Assembly: GCA_020632515.1 (NCBI GenBank)
Contig: JACKFK010000005.1
Span: 93,327-157,326, forward strand
Reading direction: 5' to 3'
Length of the DNA: 64,000 nt
Source of the DNA: Candidatus Omnitrophota bacterium
GTDB taxonomy: Bacteria; Omnitrophota; Gorgyraeia; Zapsychrales; Zapsychraceae
In this document: positions 30,285 to 39,392 of the stretch, in pieces
Layout: each line of letters opens with the position of its first letter
How positions within the stretch are numbered: the first letter of the stretch is position 1
Made by a program: the position numbers and the translations under genes
Notes under the pieces: generated by a model
Told to the model about the DNA's origin: nothing
The model's input: only the letters and a program-made list of their open reading frames with translations
Databases searched by the model: none

Positions 30285-30363
30285 GGCAACTGGCTGCCCT
30301 TTTTACGGGCCCTATAGTTTTGTGCCCCATTCTTACGAATGGTTTACCTTTTACACAACTACC
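30285..30363 (-). promoter_or_regulatory. Candidate GEMM-I (c-di-GMP-I) riboswitch aptamer
   Basis: The minus-strand RNA GGUAGUUGUGUAAAAGGUAAACCAUUCGUAAGAAUGGGGCACAAAACUAUAGGGCCCGUAAAAAGGGCAGCCAGUUGCC contains the GG(C/U)AAACC block, a hairpin CCAUUC-GUAA(GNRA)-GAAUGG, and a ..GCACAAAAC.. junction. It also has a second hairpin (GCCC-GUAAAAA-GGGC) and a 3' AGCC..GUUGCC that can pair with the 5' GGUAGUUG. The 36-nt core (30351-30316) matches 27/36 positions of the V. cholerae Vc2 aptamer as I remember it. Confidence 0.55.
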
Positions 30364-30382
30364 AAATTTTTATCTTGGTGAA

Positions 30383-30411
30383 AGTATAGCATATACATAA
30401 AGGGTATACAA
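30383..30411 (-). promoter_or_regulatory. Sigma70-like promoter for the riboswitch/fibre operon
   Basis: Minus strand: TTGTAT (30411-30406), 17 nt, TATACT (30388-30383). The predicted transcription start site is about 13 nt upstream of the aptamer. Confidence 0.45.
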
Positions 30412-30470
30412 AAAAATAACCAAATTTATGAAAGCGTTTGCTTTTTAAGCTTTGGGGTGATTATTTGCGC

Positions 30471-30499
30471 TTGACAAGGCGGAATAGGGGTGATATATT
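30471..30499 (+). promoter_or_regulatory. Sigma70-like promoter of the pyrR-pyrB-pyrC operon
   Basis: TTGACA (30471-30476), 17 nt, TATATT (30494-30499). Confidence 0.55.
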
Positions 30500-30511
30500 T
30501 TCATAAATTAA

Positions 30512-30619
30512 CCTTTAATTCGGTCCTGCGAGATCGGCAAGGATTTTAACGTGAAATATAAATATTTGGTGTATAGAGATTTTCAGCTCGCCTTTAAATG
30601 AAAAGGGCGGGCTTTTTTA
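30512..30619 (+). promoter_or_regulatory. PyrR-type transcription attenuator (binding-loop hairpin plus terminator)
   Basis: Hairpin CCUUUAAUUCGGUCCUGCGAGAUCGGCAAGG (30512-30542) has a UCC.G.GAG core resembling the PyrR binding loop. Downstream is an imperfect GC-rich hairpin GCTCGCCTTT / AAAGGGCGGGC (30586-30612) followed by TTTTTT. It lies immediately upstream of pyrR. Confidence 0.55.
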
Positions 30620-30654
30620 TTAAGGTTTTTTATGTAATAAAAGGACAAGTATAA

Positions 30655-32185
<1,531 letters not shown>

Positions 32186-32221
32186 ATATTTTGTAATTCT
32201 TTAAGGAAAGGTTGTTGATAA

Positions 32222-33499
32222 ATGTCTTTATTAATTAAAAACGCGGTAATTATTAATGCCGATAAAATTTATAAAAAGGCGCAAGACATATTAATTGAGA
32301 AAGGAAAAATTGTTACGATCGGCGATTCGTTGAAAAAGGATGGAGCGAAAGTTGTCGATGCAAAAAATAATTATGTTCTGCCAGGGTTGATTGATATTCA
32401 TGTGCATTTAAGAGAGCCAGGACGGGAAGACAAAGAAACGATTGAAACGGGGTCAAAGGCTGCGGTTAAAGGAGGTTTTACGACGATTATGTGTATGCCT
32501 AATACGAAGCCGGTTCTTGATAATTGTATGGTGATTGAAGCGGTTATTAAAGAAGCGAAGCGTGTTGGGTTGCTTAATGTCATTCCAATAGGGTCTATAA
32601 CAAAAGGGCAAAAGGATGAAGATCTTGTTGATATGTTTGAATTGAAAGAGGCCGGTTGTTTGGCTTTGTCTGACGATGGGAAGTCGGTTGTTAACAGCCA
32701 ATTAATGAAAATGGCTATGCAGTATTCCAAGATGACAGGGTTGCTTTTAATAGAACATTGTGAAGATCCTTTGATTAGTAGCGGCGGTGTAATGAATGAA
32801 GGAGAAACATCAACGCTGTTGGGGTTAAAAGGGGATCCGGGAATTTCGGAAACGATTATTGTTGCCCGGGATATTGAGCTGGCGAATTATCTTGACGCTA
32901 GAATTCATTTTGCGCATATGAGTTTGCGTCGTTCAGTGGAGCTGATTCGCTTTGCTAAGAGTCAGGGGATAAAGGTTACAGCTGAGGCTTGTCCACATCA
33001 TTTTACTTTAACGGATGAAGAGGTTAAAAGTTTTAATACCAATACAAAAGTGAATCCTCCTCTACGAACAAAGGATGATATTGCTGCCATTAAAGAAGCT
33101 TTAAAAGATGGAACTATTGATTGTATTGTGACCGATCACGCGCCGCATACACAAGAGGATAAAGAGGTTGATTTTGATCATGCTCCGTTTGGAATGATTG
33201 GTCTTGAAACATCGGTTGGTTTAACGGTTGCTGAATTGGTGGATGGTGGGGTTTTATCCTGGCCGCAAATGGTCGAGAAGATGGCATTTATGCCGGCAAA
33301 GATTATCGGTTTAGAAAATAAAGGAGAAATAAAGGAAGGCTTGGACGCAGACTTAACAATTATTAACCCCAATGAAGAATGGATTGTTACTGAGGAAGAT
33401 ACGGTTTCAAAGTCTAAGAATTCTCCGTTTTTCGGACGAAAATTAAAAGGAAGAGTTAAGGTCACAATTTATGGTGGAAAAGTGGTTTACGAAGAGTAG
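32222..33499 (+). CDS. pyrC: Dihydroorotase
   Basis: 425 aa amidohydrolase with DIHVHLREPG and TDHAPH motifs. Confidence 0.93.
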   Translation: MSLLIKNAVIINADKIYKKAQDILIEKGKIVTIGDSLKKDGAKVVDAKNNYVLPGLIDIHVHLREPGREDKETIETGSKAAVKGGFTTIMCMPNTKPVLDNCMVIEAVIKEAKRVGLLNVIPIGSITKGQKDEDLVDMFELKEAGCLALSDDGKSVVNSQLMKMAMQYSKMTGLLLIEHCEDPLISSGGVMNEGETSTLLGLKGDPGISETIIVARDIELANYLDARIHFAHMSLRRSVELIRFAKSQGIKVTAEACPHHFTLTDEEVKSFNTNTKVNPPLRTKDDIAAIKEALKDGTIDCIVTDHAPHTQEDKEVDFDHAPFGMIGLETSVGLTVAELVDGGVLSWPQMVEKMAFMPAKIIGLENKGEIKEGLDADLTIINPNEEWIVTEEDTVSKSKNSPFFGRKLKGRVKVTIYGGKVVYEE

Positions 33500-33567
33500 C
33501 GTCAAATCTTTAGTGTTTTCAATATGTTTTGAATCAAAATAAATATTATAAATACTATATCTGGTAT

Positions 33568-33599
33568 TTATCCACAGAATGTGCACAATATGTGGATAA
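33568..33599. promoter_or_regulatory. Pair of perfect DnaA-box consensus 9-mers in inverted orientation
   Basis: TTATCCACA at 33568-33576 and TGTGGATAA at 33591-33599, 14 bp apart with a central GTGCAC. The setting is an AT-rich 289-bp intergenic region. Confidence 0.5.
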
Positions 33600-33788
33600 G
33601 TAAAAAGATGCCGAAAAATGGGAAATGATGTTTTTTTCTCTTTACAATGAGTTTGGAGGGGTTTTAAAAGACGAATTTCATACATTCCCACAAATCTATA
33701 TTTATTTTCATTTTTGTGGGTTATTTGCCCCATATAAATAGATTTTTTTTGCTTAATACGTTATAAAGCGCCCATTTAAGAGGTTTTT

Positions 33789-34274
33789 ATGAAAAATAAT
33801 CGAAAAATTATAGTGTCAGTAATAGGTGGACACGCAACAACGGATAAAGTGGTTTATATAGCCCATGAAATTGGTAAAATTGTAGCTAAAATGGAGGCTG
33901 TATTGGTTTGTGGAGGTTTAACGGGAGTGATGGAGGCTGTTTCAAAAGGGGCTGCTGAAGCAGGAGGTTTAATAATAGGCTTACTTCCAGGAGTAGAAAA
34001 GGCAGATGCCAATCCTTATGTAAATATTCCTATAACCACAACAATTGGGTTTGCGCGTAATGCCATGGTGGCTTGTAGTGCAGATGTGATTATTGCTTTA
34101 CCCGGGAGTCATGGAACCTCGTCGGAAATATCGTATGGTTTGGTTTATAAAAAACCAATTATTGATTTTGGGAATTGGAATCGCGAAGGGATGATTAAGG
34201 TTAATGATTTAAAGGAGTTGGAAGGAGTTCTTGCAAATTTAATTAATGAAATACTTAGTAATCTTAACGGATAA
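33789..34274 (+). CDS. TIGR00725/LOG-family Rossmann-fold nucleotide-binding protein
   Basis: 161 aa. ..VCGGLTGVMEAVSKGA..GG..IGLLP.. and LPGSHGTSSE, a PGGxGTxxE-like motif. Confidence 0.7.
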   Translation: MKNNRKIIVSVIGGHATTDKVVYIAHEIGKIVAKMEAVLVCGGLTGVMEAVSKGAAEAGGLIIGLLPGVEKADANPYVNIPITTTIGFARNAMVACSADVIIALPGSHGTSSEISYGLVYKKPIIDFGNWNREGMIKVNDLKELEGVLANLINEILSNLNG

Positions 34275-34280
34275 TTATTT

Positions 34281-35108
34281 ATGCCAGAGTTGCCAGAAGT
34301 TGAAACGATTAAAAGAGATTTAGAACAAAAGATTGTTGGTTTACGAATTGATGGCATTAAGGTTTTTGATAAAAGAGTTATTCAAAATAAAAACATAAAT
34401 GTATATAAGAAGTATTTAGTTGGTGCTAATATTGAGAGAATTATCAGGCGGGGTAAAGCATTAATTATCACATTCGATAATCATTGGCATCTTTTTGTAC
34501 AGGTAAAAATGACCGGACATTTAGTTTATGGAAAATGTTTGCGTCAGCACAATGAAACTACGGAAACAAAAGTGGTCTTCAAGCTTTCCAATGGGAAATT
34601 TTTAAACTACAATGATCACAGAACCTTTGGCTGGCTTTACTTAGTTGATAATCTTAACAAGATATCTTATTTAAATAACATAGGGCCTGAACCGTTAGGG
34701 GATGTGTTTAGTTCGAAATGGTTAATGCAAGCGTTATTGAAAAGAAAATCATCGATAAAGACAATCATGATGAATCAGCATTTCGTGGCTGGAATCGGTA
34801 ATATTTATGCTTCAGAAATATTATTTGCCGCGCGTGTTAATCCACAAAAGAAAGCAAACTGTTTATCAAATAGGGAAGTTTCTTTATTATATTCAGCCAC
34901 ACAAGAGATTTTAAAAGAGGCGATTGAATGTCGAGGAACATCTATGCGTAATTATCGTGACACCAATGGAGAGAAAGGAATATATTGGAATCGAATTAAA
35001 GTATATGGACGACAAGATGAGCAGTGTTTTCGTTGTCGAAAAACCATTGTTCGAATTGTGCAAGCAGGAAGAAGTACATTTTATTGTACCCATTGTCAAA
35101 AAATATGA
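34281..35108 (+). CDS. mutM: Formamidopyrimidine-DNA glycosylase
   Basis: MPELPEVET N-terminus, H2TH region, C-terminal CxxC..CxxC zinc finger (CFRCRK...YCTHCQ). Confidence 0.9.
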   Translation: MPELPEVETIKRDLEQKIVGLRIDGIKVFDKRVIQNKNINVYKKYLVGANIERIIRRGKALIITFDNHWHLFVQVKMTGHLVYGKCLRQHNETTETKVVFKLSNGKFLNYNDHRTFGWLYLVDNLNKISYLNNIGPEPLGDVFSSKWLMQALLKRKSSIKTIMMNQHFVAGIGNIYASEILFAARVNPQKKANCLSNREVSLLYSATQEILKEAIECRGTSMRNYRDTNGEKGIYWNRIKVYGRQDEQCFRCRKTIVRIVQAGRSTFYCTHCQKI

Positions 35109-35117
35109 GAGAAAAAA

Positions 35118-35789
35118 ATGAAAAAAAGAATTAAAATTGATACAACTATTCTTGCCTTTATTATCACCTTGACGGCTGTTTTATATTATTTTCCCGGATT
35201 GTATATTCGTAGCGAAACCGTTGACACGATATTTGATTTCTTTGGATTTCTTTTGATTCTTAAAGGTGTTTTATTGCGAATGTCGGCGCGGGGACATAAA
35301 AAAGCTTTTTCTTCTAAAAGTGCGAGTTTAGTGACGACAGGCCCATATCAATTGGTCAGAAATCCAATGTATTTAGGGACGTGTTTAATTGGAGCGGGAT
35401 ATGTTTTGATGATTTGGCCATGGTGGGTTTTGCCTATTTTTATTTGGTTGTTTTACGTGCGTTTCAATAAGCAGGTTGTTATTGAGGAGGAATATCTTTT
35501 AAAGAGTTTTGGATCGGAATATGAACGATATTGTCGAAAGGTTCCGAGGATCTTTCCAGATATTACACAAGTAAGTAAAATAAAATTAAGAAAATATTTT
35601 TCTAAGGAAGAAGCCCTCAGCACAAAAGAAAAAAGAGGATTGGTTTGGTGGCCGGTATTGGCGGTTGCTTTAGAAAGTTTGCAAGAAATGTATGTTTATG
35701 GACAGACGAATGTTTTGGATACAATTATTATGCTCAGTGTTTTTGGCGGGGCTTTTTTTGTAATATTTTATTTTTATTATCGGGATTAA
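35118..35789 (+). CDS. Isoprenylcysteine carboxyl methyltransferase (ICMT)/phospholipid methyltransferase family membrane protein
   Basis: Multi-TM protein with LVTTGPYQLVRNPMYLG....EEEYLLKSFGSEYERYCRKVPR, the ICMT-family signature. Confidence 0.7.
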   Translation: MKKRIKIDTTILAFIITLTAVLYYFPGLYIRSETVDTIFDFFGFLLILKGVLLRMSARGHKKAFSSKSASLVTTGPYQLVRNPMYLGTCLIGAGYVLMIWPWWVLPIFIWLFYVRFNKQVVIEEEYLLKSFGSEYERYCRKVPRIFPDITQVSKIKLRKYFSKEEALSTKEKRGLVWWPVLAVALESLQEMYVYGQTNVLDTIIMLSVFGGAFFVIFYFYYRD

Positions 35790-35795
35790 TTTTGT

Positions 35796-36578
35796 ATGAG
35801 TGCTCTTCAAAATATTTTTAAAGTAGTCTCCAATGAACGGTTATGTCCACGTTTTTATAAATTAAGCATTGATGCTGGAGCTGTTGCGAAAAAAGTTCAG
35901 CCGGGACAATTTGTTCACATTCGTGTTAATGATAGCTTCCAGCCTTTCTTCCGTCGACCATTTAGCGTCTATCGCGCGAAAAAATATTTGGATGTGTTTT
36001 ATGAAGTTGTTGGACCAGGAACAAAAGCATTGTCTAATAAGAAAAAAGGAGATGATGTTGATGTTTTAGGCCCTGTGGGAACCCCTTTTACATTACCGTC
36101 AAAAAAGGCGAAACAAATTGTTATGATTGCGGGGGGGATAGGCGTTGCACCATTTTTAATCTTATCAGACCGATTAAAGCAACAGGGGTTCGAATTAGTT
36201 TTGTTGTATGGTGGGCGGACCAAAGGGCATGTTTATCCAATGAAAGAATTTAAGCAAAACGGCTGTAAAGTTTTTGTGGCGACAGATGACGGCAGCGTTG
36301 GTGTTAAGGGCCGGGTTTCGAATTTGTTTTCCAAGATCGTTCCAGATCCGTCGACAACAGTTATTTACACCTGCGGCCCATCACCAATGATGGCCGCGGT
36401 GCAGGCGTTTGCTAAAAGATATCATCTTTCCGGCCAGGCTGCGTGTGAAGAAGTAATGGCTTGCGCTTTAGGAGCGTGTTTAGGATGTTCCATTAAAACG
36501 ACGAGCGGATATAAAACTGTTTGTTATGACGGACCAGTGTTTAATTTACATGAAATTATTTTTGAAAACACACATTGA
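35796..36578 (+). CDS. pyrK: Dihydroorotate dehydrogenase B electron-transfer subunit
   Basis: FNR-like fold (RRPFS, GPxG, GGIGVAP) with a C-terminal 2Fe-2S Cys cluster (CEEVMACALGACLGC). Confidence 0.88.
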   Translation: MSALQNIFKVVSNERLCPRFYKLSIDAGAVAKKVQPGQFVHIRVNDSFQPFFRRPFSVYRAKKYLDVFYEVVGPGTKALSNKKKGDDVDVLGPVGTPFTLPSKKAKQIVMIAGGIGVAPFLILSDRLKQQGFELVLLYGGRTKGHVYPMKEFKQNGCKVFVATDDGSVGVKGRVSNLFSKIVPDPSTTVIYTCGPSPMMAAVQAFAKRYHLSGQAACEEVMACALGACLGCSIKTTSGYKTVCYDGPVFNLHEIIFENTH

Positions 36579-36658
36579 TTGGCAGGCATTAATAGGAATA
36601 TAAAAATAAGTTTATTTTTAAATACACGATGAGATATTGCTGATAATTAGGAGGGTGT

Positions 36659-37018
36659 ATGCAGATTTTTATATATTTACTTGTAGGTTTAGTCGGCGGA
36701 GTGGTCAGCGGTGCGTTTGGTATCGGAGGCGGAACCATTATGGTGCCTTTGTTTGTTCTTGGTTTTGGGCTTTCACAACATCAGGCGCAAGGCACAGCAT
36801 TAGCTGTGATGCTGCCACCAGTATTTTTATTAGCTGTGATGCGTTATTACACTGAGGGAAATGTAAAAGTACAAATGGCGGTTATTGTCGCTCTTGGATT
36901 TGTTTTCGGCGCGTTGTTAGGCGCACACTTTGTGCAGGATATTCCTAGTTCTCAGTTGAAGAAAATGTTTGGTGTTTTTATGATTTTGATCGGAATTAAA
37001 ATGGTGTTTTTTAAATAG
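36659..37018 (+). CDS. Half-size TSUP (TauE/SafE) family membrane protein
   Basis: 119 aa, about 4 TM helices, GIGGGTIMVPL motif. It sits between pyrK and pyrD. Confidence 0.7.
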   Translation: MQIFIYLLVGLVGGVVSGAFGIGGGTIMVPLFVLGFGLSQHQAQGTALAVMLPPVFLLAVMRYYTEGNVKVQMAVIVALGFVFGALLGAHFVQDIPSSQLKKMFGVFMILIGIKMVFFK

Positions 37019-37029
37019 GTTTAATAAAA

Positions 37030-37932
37030 ATGAATTTATCTGTAAAAATTGGAAATGTTAAATTTCTTAATCCCGTTACTGTCGCTTCAGGGACGTTTGG
37101 ACATGCGGAGAAATATTATAATTTGGAAGAAGTAAAAAAAATAGGAGCCATTGTTCCAAAAACTGTTACATTAAATGCTCAGGCGGGGAATCCACCTGTT
37201 AGGATTGCGGAAACACCGGCGGGCATGCTTAATGCGATCGGAATTGAAAATCCAGGGATTGATAAATTTATTGAAACAAAGCTTCCCGCGTTTAAGAAAA
37301 TAGGCGTACCGTTAATTATTAGTATTTTAGGGCATAATGACAAAGAGTTTAAAGAAATTGCTCGACGGATAAATAAAATTAAAGGGATTAGCGCGGTTGA
37401 ACTTAATCTCTCCTGCCCTAACTTGAAACATAAAACGTTAGTAGCGCAAGATCCCAAGGCAACAAGCAGGATTGTAAAATTAGTAAAAAAGGAATTGAAA
37501 ATTCCGGTGTTAGCAAAATTGTCGCCAAATGTTACGGATATTAGCTTGATAGCCAAAGCAGCTGAAGATGCAGGGGCTGATGGTGTTAGTCTTGTGAATA
37601 CGTTTACAGCTATGGTTATTGATATAGAAAAAAGAAAGTCTGTGTTGGGGAATTTTACAGGTGGATTAAGCGGGCCAGCTATTCGACCAATCGCTGTTTA
37701 TATGGTGCATAAAGTTTATCAAACTGTGAAAATACCCATTGTTGCTATGGGGGGGATTACTTGTGCGCAAGATGCTTTACAATTTATGATTGCGGGGGCC
37801 AGTATGGTGGCTGTTGGGACATATAATTTTGTGAATCCTCGAGCCACGTTAGAAGTATTAACTGGTATTAAAGATTATATGAAAGTGAATAAAATTAAAG
37901 ACATCAAAAAAATTATCGGGAGTTTAAAATAG
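37030..37932 (+). CDS. pyrD: Dihydroorotate dehydrogenase B catalytic subunit
   Basis: Class 1B DHOD blocks: NPV.VASGTFG, NAIGIENPG, ELNLSCPN, NT, GGLSGPAIRPIA, MGGI. Confidence 0.93.
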   Translation: MNLSVKIGNVKFLNPVTVASGTFGHAEKYYNLEEVKKIGAIVPKTVTLNAQAGNPPVRIAETPAGMLNAIGIENPGIDKFIETKLPAFKKIGVPLIISILGHNDKEFKEIARRINKIKGISAVELNLSCPNLKHKTLVAQDPKATSRIVKLVKKELKIPVLAKLSPNVTDISLIAKAAEDAGADGVSLVNTFTAMVIDIEKRKSVLGNFTGGLSGPAIRPIAVYMVHKVYQTVKIPIVAMGGITCAQDALQFMIAGASMVAVGTYNFVNPRATLEVLTGIKDYMKVNKIKDIKKIIGSLK

Positions 37933-37935
37933 GAG

Positions 37936-38685
37936 ATGAAAAAAAATACCAAAGCTCAACTTATTGTCGCGTTAGATGTTGATACATTTGAAGAAGCGAA
38001 AAAGCTTGTAGATCAGTTATCTTCAGATGTTGAAATATTTAAAGTGGGAAGTCAGTTGTTTACCTCCTGTGGTCCGATGGCGGTTCGTTATATTTTAGCT
38101 CAAGGAAGAAAAGTTTTTTTGGATTTAAAGTTTCATGATATTCCTAATACCGTAGCGAGCGCTGTCCGCTGTGCGGTTGGATTAGGTGTGACAGTCATAG
38201 ACACAGCCGCTAAAACACATCATTTAAAAAAAGAAGAAATGTGTGTTTTTATGTGTACAGTTCATGTGGTCGGCGGAGAAGAAATGTTAAAGAGTTCTGT
38301 TGAAGAAGCAACGAAACAGGCTCAAAATATTGGAGTTATAAAGCCTTTAATTGTTGGTATTACTGTCTTGACAAGCGAAGCGAAAACGGATAACATACAT
38401 CAAACTGTTGTAAATAGGGCAGTTATGGCTAAACAAGCAGGGTTAGATGGCGTGGTAGCCTCGAGTCAAGAGGCGGCGCTCATTCGAAAGGAATTAGGAG
38501 AGGATTTTATTATTGTCACACCGGGTATCCGTCCATCAGGAGTCAGTGCAGGAGATCAAAAACGAATTACGACACCTAAAGAGGCAATCAATAACGGAAG
38601 TGACTTTTTAGTTGTTGGCCGTCCGATCGTCCAAGAGGCTGATCCTTTGAAGGCTGCGAAAAAAATTCTTGCAGAAATACAATAA
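37936..38685 (+). CDS. pyrF: Orotidine 5'-phosphate decarboxylase
   Basis: LIVALDV..FKVG..FLDLKFHDIPNT..VVGRPI motifs. Confidence 0.9.
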   Translation: MKKNTKAQLIVALDVDTFEEAKKLVDQLSSDVEIFKVGSQLFTSCGPMAVRYILAQGRKVFLDLKFHDIPNTVASAVRCAVGLGVTVIDTAAKTHHLKKEEMCVFMCTVHVVGGEEMLKSSVEEATKQAQNIGVIKPLIVGITVLTSEAKTDNIHQTVVNRAVMAKQAGLDGVVASSQEAALIRKELGEDFIIVTPGIRPSGVSAGDQKRITTPKEAINNGSDFLVVGRPIVQEADPLKAAKKILAEIQ

Positions 38686-38763
38686 ATTTGATTATAATTT
38701 CATTTTTTATTTTGACTAAATAATTTAAGGAAAATTTTTTTAATAGGTGAATAGGAGATAATC

Positions 38764-39378
38764 ATGTCTCAACAAGTTCAAGAGTTGATCAATAAAATAA
38801 AAACAGAAGGGATTCAAGAGGCTGAACAAAAAGCTCAGGAAATTGAAAAAGAGGCCAATAACAAAGCGCAACAGATAATTAAAGACGCTCATCGCCAGGC
38901 TGAGAAGTTAATTGTAGACGCTAAAGAAGAGATTAAAAAAATGCAGGAAGCTACGCTTATGGCTCTTAAGCAATCTTCACGAGATGCATTATTGTCTTTA
39001 AGAAAAAGTATTGAGGCTGTTATGCAGAAAATTGTTCAAACTGAAGTAAACGACGCCTTAACTGCGGAACAATTAGCGCAAATTTTAGAAACCGTAATTA
39101 TTAAATCTTTGGAAGATCAGAAAAATGTTAATGATGTCAGGGTTTTCTTAAATAAAAAAGATTTAGATAAATTAGATAAAGATTTTACTTCCAAATTGCA
39201 AAAGAAAATTAAGACTACCTTTAAACTTCAAGCATCAGATGACATAGGTAAAGGATTTTTGATTAGTTTTGATCAAGGAAAATCAAATTTTGATTTTACC
39301 GACGAAAGTTTAGCTGAATTTTTAGGGTTGTATCTTAATGAACAAATTTCGCAATTAGTTAAAGAATCTGTTTCCTAG
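38764..39378 (+). CDS. V/A-type ATPase subunit E
   Basis: 204 aa. The N-terminal half is a long charged helix (EAEQKAQEIEKEANNKAQQII..) followed by a globular C-terminus. First gene of the V-ATPase operon. Confidence 0.75.
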   Translation: MSQQVQELINKIKTEGIQEAEQKAQEIEKEANNKAQQIIKDAHRQAEKLIVDAKEEIKKMQEATLMALKQSSRDALLSLRKSIEAVMQKIVQTEVNDALTAEQLAQILETVIIKSLEDQKNVNDVRVFLNKKDLDKLDKDFTSKLQKKIKTTFKLQASDDIGKGFLISFDQGKSNFDFTDESLAEFLGLYLNEQISQLVKESVS

Positions 39379-39392
39379 AGAAAGATTAGTTA

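Noticed and set aside
33443-33733. 96-aa minus-strand ORF covering the pyrC-LOG intergenic region.
   Set aside because: It overlaps the pyrC 3' end, has no RBS and has an AT-driven composition (Ile/Phe/Tyr/Asn/Lys-rich). The region is better explained as regulatory DNA (DnaA-box pair and inverted repeats).
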